Shown here piece after piece: positions 10,772-20,667 of a stretch of DNA of 64,000 bases (position 1 is the stretch's first letter; every line of letters starts with the position of its first letter). The stretch spans positions 416,001-480,000 of the forward strand of contig JAKFCY010000003.1 of NCBI GenBank assembly GCA_036676395.1, in the 5' to 3' direction. The notes beneath the pieces are model-generated. The model did no database searches and was not told the origin of the DNA. It was given only the letters and a program-made list of their open reading frames with translations. The DNA comes from Bdellovibrio sp. (lineage in GTDB: Bacteria; Bdellovibrionota; Bdellovibrionia; Bdellovibrionales; Bdellovibrionaceae). Position numbers and translations under genes: made by a program.

Positions 10772-12114
10772 ATTTTCGCGTCTTTAAATAAAACCTTTAG
10801 TGCGGCTAAACAGTGACGATCAACGCGGCGATCGTAAATTTTTTCCATATGGGCGATAACGATCAAAGCGGATTTTCCGGGACCATTAGAGCCAGCTAAA
10901 GCATTTTCGATAAAGATATTCGCACATTGTAAAATTTTTGACATCGGATGCAAAGCCAATTTTTCTTTTCTTAAAGGATATCCTAAACCTTCTAAATCTT
11001 CATGATGTTCAGAGACCATTTGAACCACATCCGAAGAAACATTAGGCAATGCATTTAAAATTTCTTGCCCACGCATAGCATGGCTTTCAATCATTTGTCG
11101 CTCTTCTCTAGACACCAGATGGCGGGGTTTATCTAAAATTTCGCGATCGATTTCTTTTTTTCCAATATCATGAAATAGGCCAGCCATAGTTATTTTTGCC
11201 AGCGCGGCGTTAGATTCAAAACCCAATTGTTTGGCAATCATGACTGAATACATGGCTACCCCTAAGGAGTGAGCATAAACGTGATCAGAATGTGAATTTA
11301 GTAAATTCAATAAATCAAAGCTTTCCGGCGATTCGGTAATGGCATCTAAAGTGATTTCGGTAAAAGTTTTAGCCTCTTGCAAGCTACTTTTATCAAGACC
11401 ATCAACAAATGTTCTTTCTAATAAAATTTCGCCGGTGTATTTCAAAAAATTTAATTTTTTCTGGATTGAAATATCAGAGCGGTTTTTAATAATATTTGCC
11501 AAGCCTAAATTAAATTGAACCAGCTTGCTGAAATCTTCTTTACGAATAAAAAGATGTTTTACGCCTTTTTCTTTGTAATGACTTACCTTTTCTTTGGGGA
11601 TTTCTTCACCCTGATGAGCAATTTTAATATATTTGGTTTCTGATAGCTTAATGTAAACATCAAAATCAATTTTTGGTTTTGCGACAAACTCTTCAATTGA
11701 AACTTTACAGAATTCTTTAGCGATTTCTTCCACGGCAAATTGTTTGGGTTCTGGTATAATTCCTAAAACCGAATCAACAAGAGTCAACAACTCCTGGTTT
11801 TTAAAAGGTTTAGCAATAAAACCTTTAGCCCCTAAATCAAATGCAGATTTAGTTTCAAGCACCATAGAAAAACCGGTCATAATAATGAATGGAACTTCAG
11901 GCTTATACTGTCGCGCCCACTCTAAGAGCTCTAAACCGGTCAATCCCGGCATCTGAATGTCGGTCAGAACCACGTCAACAGTTTGCATAGAAAGGATTTC
12001 TTTTGCAGATTTACCATTGGGTGATTCTAAAACAGTAAATTTTTTCTTTAATAAATCGCGCAGGGCCTCGCGAAAAAAATTATCATCTTCAACAATCAAA
12101 ATCTTTTTTAACAT
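10768..12114 (-). CDS. Response regulator with HD-GYP (cyclic di-nucleotide phosphodiesterase) domain
   Basis: Receiver ILIVEDD/TDIQMP/AKPF; HSLGV, FHDIGK, HHEDLEGLGYP; likely start MLKKILIV at 12114. Confidence 0.88.
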   Translation of the reverse strand: MLKKILIVEDDNFFREALRDLLKKKFTVLESPNGKSAKEILSMQTVDVVLTDIQMPGLTGLELLEWARQYKPEVPFIIMTGFSMVLETKSAFDLGAKGFIAKPFKNQELLTLVDSVLGIIPEPKQFAVEEIAKEFCKVSIEEFVAKPKIDFDVYIKLSETKYIKIAHQGEEIPKEKVSHYKEKGVKHLFIRKEDFSKLVQFNLGLANIIKNRSDISIQKKLNFLKYTGEILLERTFVDGLDKSSLQEAKTFTEITLDAITESPESFDLLNLLNSHSDHVYAHSLGVAMYSVMIAKQLGFESNAALAKITMAGLFHDIGKKEIDREILDKPRHLVSREERQMIESHAMRGQEILNALPNVSSDVVQMVSEHHEDLEGLGYPLRKEKLALHPMSKILQCANIFIENALAGSNGPGKSALIVIAHMEKIYDRRVDRHCLAALKVLFKDAKI

Positions 12115-12245
12115 ACAACAACCTCTGAATAAGTATTCTCTAATTAAAAGCGATTCGCTAGGCCTGTTGCATAGCGCTCTCGACTTAGAGAGTGTTTTAA
12201 ATTCAGAAGTATCGAACAAGTGTGTTTTTATTTATACTTTCAAGT

Positions 12246-13217
12246 ATGAAAAAACATTTAATTTTCTTGGTTTTTTGCATTTCTCAAGGCCTATATGCAG
12301 AAAATTTTAAAGATGAACCGATAAAACCAATCCGCGCCCCATTTGCGCAAGTTTCAGAGGAGAAAATTAGATTGGGCCTCGAATTATTTCAGGAAAAAAA
12401 GCTCTCAGCAGACAACACTATTTCTTGCGCCAGTTGCCATAATCTATTTCGTGGCGGTGTTGATAACCTGAATCGCTCGATTGGTATTAATGGCGCAATC
12501 GGTGACGTTAATTCTCCGACAGTTTTTAACAGCGGCTTAAATTTTGTTCAGTTTTGGGATGGTCGTGCTACAACTCTGGAAGACCAGATGGATGGCCCGA
12601 TTCAACATCCGAAAGAAATGGGTACGACATGGGCGCAAGTTGTAGAAAAAATTAAGCAAGACACTAAATACAAAGCCCGTTTTTCTGCGCAATACCGTGA
12701 TGGTGTTACAGAAAAAAACATCAAAGATGCGATTGCCAGTTTCGAACGAGCATTAATAACTCCAAACTCTAAGTTTGATAAGTATCTGGCTGGCGATGCC
12801 AAAGCGTTAACAGCAAAAGAAATTCTTGGATACAGCCGCTTTAAATCTTTGGGGTGTATCGCCTGCCATCAAGGGCAAAATATTGGAGGCAACATGTTTC
12901 AAACTATGGGAATCATGGGAGACTACTTCAAAAACCGCAAAAATATACCGGTTAATGAACATGACCTTGGGCGTTTTAATGTTACGAAGCGTGAACAGGA
13001 TAAATACGTTTTTCGCGTACCAAGTCTTAGAAACGTCGAACTGACATCGCCGTATTTTCATGATGGTTATGCTAAAACACTTAATGAGGCTGTGTTAATT
13101 ATGGGTCGTTATCAATTAGGACAAACACTTTCAAAAGAAGATGTGGATGCGATCGTGGCTTTTTTAAAAACCTTAACCGGAGAATCGCCGGCCATATTAA
13201 AGGAAACCAGTAAATGA
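12246..13217 (+). CDS. Di-heme cytochrome c peroxidase (CcpA/MauG family)
   Basis: Signal peptide; CASCH and CIACH heme motifs; QFWDGRA, VPSLRNV, PYFHDG. Confidence 0.93.
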   Translation: MKKHLIFLVFCISQGLYAENFKDEPIKPIRAPFAQVSEEKIRLGLELFQEKKLSADNTISCASCHNLFRGGVDNLNRSIGINGAIGDVNSPTVFNSGLNFVQFWDGRATTLEDQMDGPIQHPKEMGTTWAQVVEKIKQDTKYKARFSAQYRDGVTEKNIKDAIASFERALITPNSKFDKYLAGDAKALTAKEILGYSRFKSLGCIACHQGQNIGGNMFQTMGIMGDYFKNRKNIPVNEHDLGRFNVTKREQDKYVFRVPSLRNVELTSPYFHDGYAKTLNEAVLIMGRYQLGQTLSKEDVDAIVAFLKTLTGESPAILKETSK

Positions 13218-14836
13218 AAAGATACTTAGCACTTTTCATGAGTAGTCTATTAAGTCTTGCGGGTCTGGGCTATGTTTACTTTCATTCGCGAGGCACTCTC
13301 GGGCAGAACCACCAGGAAATTGTCGATCTTTTAAATGCAACAAAGCAAAGTGAAGTTGAAATTAATCAAGACATCTTGCGCATTCAAAATTTTATGCTTC
13401 AAGATTATGACTCTATTGCCAAAGAAAAAGAGAACTTAGAAGAATTCTGTGCGCCCGGCAATGCAATAGCCAACGCGCATCCGATAGAGGGATCAAATTT
13501 TCAAATGTATTTTAAAGAGTATTGTCAGGCTGTAAATGCTAAGATTCTGGCAATTGAAGATTTTAAGTCAATTAATTCAGTTTATAGAAATTCGCTGCTT
13601 TTTTTACACGGGCAAGCGATTCAATGGCAAAGCCAGAATCTTTTTATTCAGTTACCAGATGCCGAAAAATTTAGAAGACAACTAACTTATATTGCTTTGA
13701 CCTATAGTTTACTTTCGGATGAAAACACCAAAGCGTTGGCCACATCGCGCAAAGACTATTTTTTATCGCGAAATTTTTCGCAAAACATTATTTCAGATCA
13801 TGCTATCAAGCTGATCGATATTAAACCACGCCGCGATCGCGCAACACAGGAAATCGTTGAAGCGCCAACGCGCCAGATTTTTGAAAAATTAAGCTATTCT
13901 TATTTCGAAGAGTTTCAAAAAGAGCAAAAACAAATTTTATTTTTTCAAAATTTATTATTGGCACTTTGTTTAACGTTGATTGTTTTTGTTATTTTCAATG
14001 TGATCAAGATTTGGCAAGTGGCCCGAGCACTACATCATGCAAATACACATTTAGAAGAGCGCGTCCGCGCCCGCACAGAAGAGCTATTAGTTTCGCAACA
14101 AACAATTGTTGAACAGCAGCAAACGTTAGCGTTAACGGCAAAAATGTCGGCCTTGGGTGAAATGGCCGGTGGCGTAGCGCATGAAATCAATACACCATTA
14201 GCCGTTATTCAAATGCGAACTGAGCAAGTGCTGGAAAACTTAGAAGAAGACGAGCTGGATAAAGAATTATTAGCAAATGCACTGCGCGCTATCGATGATA
14301 CGGTAAAAAGGATTGCTAAAATTATCAATGGCTTACGTTCTTTTGCCCGCGATGGGCGCAAAGATCCCATTAGCTTATATTCAGTTTCAAAAATAGTTGA
14401 TGAAACATTTAGTCTATGTCGTGAACGCTTTAATAATCATGGTGTTCAGCTAGAATATATTCATAAGCAAGATGTAGAAATTCTATGTCGTTCGGTAGAA
14501 ATCTCGCAAGTGCTGTTGAACTTATTGAATAACTCTTATGACGCTATTCAAGGTTTTTCAGACAAATGGGTTAAGGTTGAACTTGTTGAGCAAGCAGATG
14601 TGATTCTTCTTAGTGTCAGCGACTGTGGTCATGGCATACCTAAAGAAATCCGAGATAAAATGATGCAGCCGTTTTTCACGACAAAAGAAATCGGCAAAGG
14701 CACCGGCCTTGGGCTTAGCATATCGCGTGGAATTATTGAAAGCCACGGCGGAAGTATTCAGATTAACGGCAATTCTGCCAATACCGAAATAATCATTACA
14801 TTACCTCGGCGTGCAGCTTCGGATCATGTCGCCTGA
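13214..14836 (+). CDS. Sensor histidine kinase with all-helical periplasmic (DAHL-like) domain
   Basis: Two TM segments; AHEINTP H-box, LLNN N-box, DCGHG and GKGTGLGL; IEDFKSINSVYRNSLLF resembles DAHL; ATGA overlap with the peroxidase gene. Confidence 0.88.
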   Translation: MKRYLALFMSSLLSLAGLGYVYFHSRGTLGQNHQEIVDLLNATKQSEVEINQDILRIQNFMLQDYDSIAKEKENLEEFCAPGNAIANAHPIEGSNFQMYFKEYCQAVNAKILAIEDFKSINSVYRNSLLFLHGQAIQWQSQNLFIQLPDAEKFRRQLTYIALTYSLLSDENTKALATSRKDYFLSRNFSQNIISDHAIKLIDIKPRRDRATQEIVEAPTRQIFEKLSYSYFEEFQKEQKQILFFQNLLLALCLTLIVFVIFNVIKIWQVARALHHANTHLEERVRARTEELLVSQQTIVEQQQTLALTAKMSALGEMAGGVAHEINTPLAVIQMRTEQVLENLEEDELDKELLANALRAIDDTVKRIAKIINGLRSFARDGRKDPISLYSVSKIVDETFSLCRERFNNHGVQLEYIHKQDVEILCRSVEISQVLLNLLNNSYDAIQGFSDKWVKVELVEQADVILLSVSDCGHGIPKEIRDKMMQPFFTTKEIGKGTGLGLSISRGIIESHGGSIQINGNSANTEIIITLPRRAASDHVA

Positions 14837-15222
14837 AGTAGCAGTTCGCACGAACTTTCAAGAAGCCCTAACATTTTTTGTCTGTTAATAGGCTTCTCAA
14901 TAAGCGCATGAGCACCCATGTTCAAAGCTTCGAGTTCACTAAGGTCGGCAAACCCCGTTGCAAGCACGACTATGGGCACATTAGGCTTTATTTTTTTGAT
15001 CTCTTTAAGCATATCTACTCCGTTGCCATTGGGCATACGTACATCTGATATAACAATCTCTATTGGATTTGCTTTTACGATTTCAACCGCATCAGAACCA
15101 CACGCAGCTTCGAAGATTATACATCCACGTCGTTTAAGGTCAAAAATCATGGCTTGTCTTAGGTCAAAATCATCGTCTACAACGAGGACGTTTCTTCCCT
15201 TGAGGGGAGATTCTGGCTTCAA
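14824..15222 (-). CDS. Single-domain response regulator receiver
   Basis: VLVVDDD, SDVRMPNGNG, EKP; AAGGAG RBS before TTG. Confidence 0.9.
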   Translation of the reverse strand: MKPESPLKGRNVLVVDDDFDLRQAMIFDLKRRGCIIFEAACGSDAVEIVKANPIEIVISDVRMPNGNGVDMLKEIKKIKPNVPIVVLATGFADLSELEALNMGAHALIEKPINRQKMLGLLESSCELLLQAT

Positions 15223-15268
15223 TAGGCAACTCCTTGTGTTGAAAAATCCTCGTATTTCTTCCTCTAAC

Positions 15269-15296
15269 TGATCGGTATTTTTCTTCAGAAACTCAA
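15269..15296 (-). promoter_or_regulatory. Candidate sigma28 (FliA) promoter
   Basis: TTGAG-N15-ACCGATCA on the minus strand. Confidence 0.45.
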
Positions 15297-15331
15297 GGTA
15301 TTTAGTTTAGATATATAGCCAGGTTTGTTGT

Positions 15332-15364
15332 AAAAAAAAACCCTCGGATTGCTCCAAGGGTTTT
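15332..15364 (-). terminator. Terminator downstream of tRNA-Asn
   Basis: AAAACCCT...AGGGTTTT hairpin with A9 run on the plus strand. Confidence 0.75.
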
Positions 15365-15388
15365 AAGATTGTTCGAACCAAAATAAAA

Positions 15389-15464
15389 TGGCTCAGAAGG
15401 CAGGACTCGAACCTGCGACCAAGCGGTTAACAGCCGCTTGCTCTACCAACTGAGCTACTTCTGA
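15389..15464 (-). tRNA. tRNA-Asn (GTT)
   Basis: TCAGAAG/CTTCTGA acceptor stem, CT-GTT-AA loop, GGTTCGAGTCC, encoded CCA. Confidence 0.97.
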
Positions 15465-15489
15465 ACAACTGGCAATCAAACTAACGAAT

Positions 15490-15924
15490 TCAGTGGCCTT
15501 CGTCAAGAAGCTCTCGACTCAATTTTTTCGATTTAAAGGGAAGCCCCGCGGCTCTGAACACTTTCAAGGCTTTGTCCCACTCTAACTTCACTAAAGAGGC
15601 TTGCGAATCTGTCGCAAAGGCTAAATCGCGCCAGTTTGCGTTGTTCATTTCAGCCTCTGATAACGGTTCAAGATCCACCTTACAGAACTTTTTACGAAGA
15701 GCATGGTCAGTCCATTTTTTATATTTAGCTTTAAGCTTGGCTTCTTGCCACTTCACGGTGCCCGTATTTTCAGAACACCATTGAAACGAGGCCACAGATT
15801 TTGTGATTTCAGCCATATCGGGCTGATGATTTGAATTCACATTTGTCAGATAGCCCTTAAAAAGAAAAATGCTTACAAGACCGACAGCTAGAATACCAAT
15901 TTTAAAGATAAGTTTTTTGCTCAC
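15490..15924 (-). CDS. Membrane-anchored hypothetical protein between two tRNAs
   Basis: 144-aa ORF with N-terminal TM segment. Confidence 0.65.
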   Translation of the reverse strand: MSKKLIFKIGILAVGLVSIFLFKGYLTNVNSNHQPDMAEITKSVASFQWCSENTGTVKWQEAKLKAKYKKWTDHALRKKFCKVDLEPLSEAEMNNANWRDLAFATDSQASLVKLEWDKALKVFRAAGLPFKSKKLSRELLDEGH

Positions 15925-16079
15925 TCATTTAGTCTAGGTAAATTTTAAGAGTATAGGAAGTGGTAAGTTTTGACCTTGGGTCGCATTGTCTGGTGCAGAA
16001 TGAATACCGGCGAATTCGTGATGTAATTCGGGTCTATGTTCTAAATAATTCCAAATTTGATTATTAAAAAGGCAGAAAA

Positions 16080-16156
16080 TGGTGCGGACGGGAGGATTCG
16101 AACCTCCGACCACTTGATTCGTAGTCAAGTACTCTATCCAGCTGAGCTACGACCGC
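16080..16156 (-). tRNA. tRNA-Arg (ACG)
   Basis: GCGGTCGTAGCTCAGCTGGATAGAG...CT-ACG-AA...GGTTCGAATCC...CCA. Confidence 0.97.
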
Positions 16157-16306
16157 ACGTCGTAAATTAAGCAATGTTAATTGTGAATTAAGGTTCTACC
16201 GATTTATTAGTCCAAAATCAAGTGTAAGTATGGGTCATTCCTTGATTCTGTAAAAACGCTATGGCATTTTCTATTCTATATTATTTCAGCATAAAAACTA
16301 GCGCGC

Positions 16307-16399
16307 GGAGTGGTGGGTGAGTGGCTGAAACCAAGTCTTTGCTAAAGACTCGTACTTGCAAAACAGGTACCGTGGGTTCAAATCCCACCCACTCCGCCA
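16307..16399 (+). tRNA. tRNA-Ser (GCT)
   Basis: GGAGTGG/CCACTCC acceptor stem, AGTCT-TTGCTAA-AGACT anticodon arm, long variable arm, CCA. Confidence 0.96.
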
Positions 16400-16414
16400 A
16401 TTTCTTAAAATCTT

Positions 16415-16993
16415 ATGCAACCAAAACTCATTTTACTTAACGGAACTTCGAGCGCAGGCAAAAGCAGCATCGTCAAATGCTTGCAAGAAAAACTGCAAAA
16501 GCCGTATTTAGATATGGGTTTAGATAAGTTTCTCTATATGCTTCCGGGTCAATACATGAAACAGCCTTTATGGAAGGATGTGTGGGATCACACCAGTGCC
16601 GGTGAACTTGGAAATCGTTTGATGAGTGGCATGCATCACTCGATGCGAGCAATGATCGATCGTGGAAATTTAGTTTTAGCAGATCATGTGTTGATTGAAA
16701 AAAATTGGGTTTCTGAACTTGCAGAGCTTTTTCATGATCAATCAGCATACTTCATTGGTATTCACTGCCCATTAGATGTTATTGAAAAAAGAGAAATTGA
16801 TCGCAAGGATCGAACGTTAGGATCAGCACGCTTACAATTTCCAGTCGTTCATCAATGGTGTGAATATGACTTGTCGATTGATTCTTCGATAACAACACCA
16901 GAACAATCAGCCGACATGATCATTGAATTCTTGGCCAGTGAAAAGCCTCCCACTGGTTTCACAAGGACATTAGAGAAATGCTTCGAATCGTAA
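16415..16993 (+). CDS. Chloramphenicol phosphotransferase-like (CPT) kinase
   Basis: LNGTSSAGKSS P-loop; REIDRKDRTLG, YDLSIDSS. Confidence 0.85.
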   Translation: MQPKLILLNGTSSAGKSSIVKCLQEKLQKPYLDMGLDKFLYMLPGQYMKQPLWKDVWDHTSAGELGNRLMSGMHHSMRAMIDRGNLVLADHVLIEKNWVSELAELFHDQSAYFIGIHCPLDVIEKREIDRKDRTLGSARLQFPVVHQWCEYDLSIDSSITTPEQSADMIIEFLASEKPPTGFTRTLEKCFES

Positions 16994-17010
16994 AATCTAG
17001 CGTGCTATAG

Positions 17011-17352
17011 TTACTTCGTATCACAATCCCAGTGCTCTACTATCTTCCCGTCGACTACTTTGAACATGTCAAACCAAGTCGTCGTGTATTCCGCTCCTGT
17101 AGCGTCTTTAAGTTTATTCACAAAAGCCATCGTCACTAAATCGCCTTCTGCTGAAATAGACACAAGCCCTTTTACTGTGTCAGGAATCGGGCGTGGGCCG
17201 CCAAGCTTTGAAAAGAAATCGATAAAGCCCTGTAAGCCTGTTTCAACATTTGGATTATGTTGAATGTAGTCGGTTGTTAAAAACTCTGCGGCTTGTTCAA
17301 GGCGTCTGCCCGATAAAATAATTCTTAATATCAATCTTATGATTAGTGACAT
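17011..17352 (-). CDS. SnoaL-like/NTF2 family protein, possibly 5'-truncated
   Basis: DYIQHNP, AEGDLV, FDMFKVVDGKIVEHWD motifs; N-terminus looks atypical. Confidence 0.65.
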   Translation of the reverse strand: MSLIIRLILRIILSGRRLEQAAEFLTTDYIQHNPNVETGLQGFIDFFSKLGGPRPIPDTVKGLVSISAEGDLVTMAFVNKLKDATGAEYTTTWFDMFKVVDGKIVEHWDCDTK

Positions 17353-17382
17353 TTATGATGTCGCATATCATTTTGAGACAGT

Positions 17383-17410
17383 TCAAGATGAGGCCCTCTG
17401 TTACCGAAAA
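17383..17410 (+). promoter_or_regulatory. Candidate sigma28 (FliA) promoter
   Basis: TCAAG-N15-ACCGAAAA ending 7 nt before ATG 17418. Confidence 0.5.
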
Positions 17411-17417
17411 GCAGACT

Positions 17418-19262
17418 ATGCCATTTGGTCTTTTGCTAGTCTTTATTATATTGGGGAGTTTTTCTTCTGCCTTAGCTTCTCAGCTAACAGGGCTAGAGAT
17501 TTTAGAAAAAGCCCAAGAAGCTGCCGGTGATAATCCAAAAGCCAGTCTTGATTTGCTGGCGACAATCGATCAAAAAATTCCGGCTTCTGATTCAGAGATT
17601 CATTTACGTAAGAACATTCTTAAGTGTGAGCTTTTGGTTGATAATGATGATCCGCGCGAGGCTTTGAAAATTAGTGAAACTGATTTTTTGCCGACAAATG
17701 CGAAAGCCGAGCTGGGTTTAAAAATGCGTCTTTGCAAGAGTTCGGCTCTGCAAGGGGTCGGAGAATCAGTTAAGGCTGAAACCGAGCTTGTAACGATTCT
17801 TGCGACTAGTCGCGAGCAGGGCTTTCGCGAAGTCGAAGGCCTTGCGCATCTGAACCTTGGACAAATGTTGTCTTTTGCAAATCAGTTTTCTTCAAGTCTT
17901 GATCACTTGGTGACAGCGAAAAGTATCTTTTCTTCTTTGCAGTTAGTTCATAAAGAAAGAATCACACTAAACTCGATTGCTGTTCTTTACGGACGCATGG
18001 GAGAAAATGAAAAAGCGATTACTTATTTTCAAGAGGTCTTAGCGCTGAATAAAAGTTTAGGTAAAAAAAGAAATATCGCTGTTGTGCTTTATAATATTGG
18101 CCGTCGTTACGAAGACCTTAAACAATATGATAAAGCCCTTAATCATTTCAATGAAGCCTTAAAAATTCATCGTGAAACTAAAAACGAAAAAAGCCAGGCC
18201 GTTATAGAAAGAGCTCTTGGTGGCCTATACAACACCATGGGTAAGCCAGAAAAAGCCTTGCCCCATCTTTTTAATGCCATAGGTACTCTTGAACGTAAGA
18301 ACATTTTAAAATCACAAGCTCAGCTGCATTTAGAATTCGGAAAAACCTATGCTTTAATGAAGCGCTCGAAAGATGCGCTGATCAGTTTAGAAAAAGCAGA
18401 AAAATTGAATAAACAAACAGTCTCGCAGCAGCTTTCTTCAGACATATCTGAAACGCGCAGTCGCGTTTACGAACAACTCAACCAGTGGAAGGATGCTTAT
18501 TATTCACTGGATGAATTTAAGAAAAGTTCTGACGGTTTATTAGCAATGAAAGCTGATGAGCAATTACGCCGAATGAATGCGCTTTTTGATTTAGAGAAAC
18601 AACAAGAAATAAATAAGGTGTTGATTGAAAAAAATCGTTTGCAAAAAAGAGAGCTGGATTTGCAGTTTGTAACGTTATCGTTAGCCTGCGTTTTGTTAAT
18701 TGTTATTGTGGTGTTTACGATCGGGCAGATCAAAGTAGCACGAAAGATGCGCGAGCTAGCCTTAACAGATGAGTTAACAAAGATTCCAAACCGTCGCCAT
18801 ATCATAGATTATGGAAAGCAAACATTAAGCACCTGTCAGCGTCATAAGAAGTCTTTGTCAGTGATAATATTTGATATAGATCATTTTAAAAAAGTTAACG
18901 ACACTTTGGGGCATGCAATTGGTGACGAGGTCATTAAAAAAGTGGCTTTTGTAAGTCGTAATTTATTACGTCAAGGCGACCTTGTTGGCCGCATTGGCGG
19001 AGAAGAATTTTTAGCAATTTTGCCATTTACCGGCGCTGCGCAAGCACAAGAAGTTGCAGAACGCATTCGCCAACAAATTCAAAAAATTGATTTTACCAGT
19101 GTAGCGCAAAACTTAAAGGTCACAGTCAGTGTTGGCGTAGCCACTCAAGAGCAACCCGAAAACACTGTCACTTTAGATCAATTAATTCATGATGCAGATG
19201 CGGCTCTGTATAGCGTTAAGCAAAACGGGCGCAATGGCGTAAGTTTACGTCTGGTTTCTTAG
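17418..19262 (+). CDS. Periplasmic-TPR diguanylate cyclase
   Basis: Signal peptide, TPR repeats, TM, DELT, DIDHFKKVND, RQGD I-site, GGEEF; ORF is open from 17346. Confidence 0.92.
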   Translation: MPFGLLLVFIILGSFSSALASQLTGLEILEKAQEAAGDNPKASLDLLATIDQKIPASDSEIHLRKNILKCELLVDNDDPREALKISETDFLPTNAKAELGLKMRLCKSSALQGVGESVKAETELVTILATSREQGFREVEGLAHLNLGQMLSFANQFSSSLDHLVTAKSIFSSLQLVHKERITLNSIAVLYGRMGENEKAITYFQEVLALNKSLGKKRNIAVVLYNIGRRYEDLKQYDKALNHFNEALKIHRETKNEKSQAVIERALGGLYNTMGKPEKALPHLFNAIGTLERKNILKSQAQLHLEFGKTYALMKRSKDALISLEKAEKLNKQTVSQQLSSDISETRSRVYEQLNQWKDAYYSLDEFKKSSDGLLAMKADEQLRRMNALFDLEKQQEINKVLIEKNRLQKRELDLQFVTLSLACVLLIVIVVFTIGQIKVARKMRELALTDELTKIPNRRHIIDYGKQTLSTCQRHKKSLSVIIFDIDHFKKVNDTLGHAIGDEVIKKVAFVSRNLLRQGDLVGRIGGEEFLAILPFTGAAQAQEVAERIRQQIQKIDFTSVAQNLKVTVSVGVATQEQPENTVTLDQLIHDADAALYSVKQNGRNGVSLRLVS

Positions 19263-19449
19263 GTTTTTTCTTACAAAAGTTTATTTGTTTTGAACAATTG
19301 CATTAGGCCTATTGTCTATTTTTTCTAAACAAAATCCTCAATTTTCTGGTTTTGCCAAATCGCAACACTTCACACTGATTTCGCAATACAAGTCCCGCTT
19401 CTTCAGCATTCGCGACGGGAAACAACAACCAGACAACGGAGGTCTATAC

Positions 19450-20601
19450 ATGAGGCTATTAACTGCCCTACTAACTTTTTTATCTTTGAATATTGCTTTT
19501 GCCCAAACTGCTCCAGTAAAGGGTCTGCGTTTTGATCCAGGATATGTTTATGATGATCCGGCATTAGCAGGTAAATCTATTCAGCAGATTGCGGCCATCG
19601 CAGCTCAGAACGTGAAGAATGCGGGCTTTAACACAATTTTTCTTTTTGCTTACTCTCCTTATTATGGTGCGTTTTATAAAACAACTTACAGCATGACAAA
19701 TGTTGAAGGTAGTTTAGGTGTTGGAAATTTCACAACCGCACTTATTACTGAAGCGCATGCACGCGGAATTAAAGTTATCGCGGATCTTCCGATGAATAAC
19801 TTCTATAAAGTTTGGTTAGCTAAACCAGAATGGCGTATGAAAAATAGAAGTGGTGGTAATTACCGTCCTTACAGTGATTTATATTTACTATCAATTTTTC
19901 ATCCAGAATTTAAAGCGTGGTACACAGGTTTTGTGAACGACTTCTTAGCAAAAAACCCGGGCATTGATGGCATCGAAGCGTTTGAACCACAATTAGATTT
20001 TAACTGGAATAACGGAGCTGATTACAATCCAGCCGCAAATGCTAAATTCAAATCTCTTTATCCAGCCGGAAAATTAGGTTCGGCGCAGTGGGAAGCCGTT
20101 CAATCAAATGAAGTGATTTCGTATCTAGGAAACTTTTTCGGCATAGCTAAAGCCAAAGGTAAAGAAGCCCACGTTGTTCAAACTTGGACAGCAAATTCAA
20201 ATGGCACATTGTTATCGGCGGCATATTTATCAAAAGCGATTGCGTTTAATTTCTTGGGTTTTAATGCATTGCCGGCGCACCAACGCCCGACTTATATTCA
20301 AGGTGAATTTATGTGGTCACAATGGAAAGCTGAATACGGAACCACCGTATTTAATCCAGACTGGATCAAGACAGCTGCAAATTCATTTTTATCGCAAATG
20401 GGAGCGTTAGCGCAGCCAGCAATTGTTCATACAGAACTTTCAGAATTTAGCGGCAGTGCAGGAACAGTCAGGCCAACAAGTTCTCAGTTCTTGCAAGAGT
20501 TAAAAACTCTTAGGTCGATGAATGTGAACTTTGACGTTTATGATTACGCCCAAGTCAGTGAATTAAATTTGTGGTCAGGTATCGCACAAGCCCTTCAATA
20601 G
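19450..20601 (+). CDS. Secreted glycoside hydrolase-like TIM barrel (GHL10/GHL13-like)
   Basis: GGAGG RBS, signal peptide, AGFNTIF, EAHARGIKV, LSIFHPE, IDGI. Confidence 0.7.
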   Translation: MRLLTALLTFLSLNIAFAQTAPVKGLRFDPGYVYDDPALAGKSIQQIAAIAAQNVKNAGFNTIFLFAYSPYYGAFYKTTYSMTNVEGSLGVGNFTTALITEAHARGIKVIADLPMNNFYKVWLAKPEWRMKNRSGGNYRPYSDLYLLSIFHPEFKAWYTGFVNDFLAKNPGIDGIEAFEPQLDFNWNNGADYNPAANAKFKSLYPAGKLGSAQWEAVQSNEVISYLGNFFGIAKAKGKEAHVVQTWTANSNGTLLSAAYLSKAIAFNFLGFNALPAHQRPTYIQGEFMWSQWKAEYGTTVFNPDWIKTAANSFLSQMGALAQPAIVHTELSEFSGSAGTVRPTSSQFLQELKTLRSMNVNFDVYDYAQVSELNLWSGIAQALQ

Positions 20602-20627
20602 TTTGTAATTAAAAATAGAAATTAATC

Positions 20628-20659
20628 AAAGGCGGGAAATAAATTTTTCCGCCTTTTTT
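20628..20659. terminator. Bidirectional terminator
   Basis: AAAGGCGG...CCGCCTTTTT between convergent genes. Confidence 0.75.
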
Positions 20660-20667
20660 ATTTTAAA

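Noticed and set aside
15934..16128. 64-aa ORF
   Set aside because: Overlaps tRNA-Arg; no protein features
16415..16993. CPT-like gene as chloramphenicol resistance
   Set aside because: The family is broad and substrate cannot be inferred from motifs
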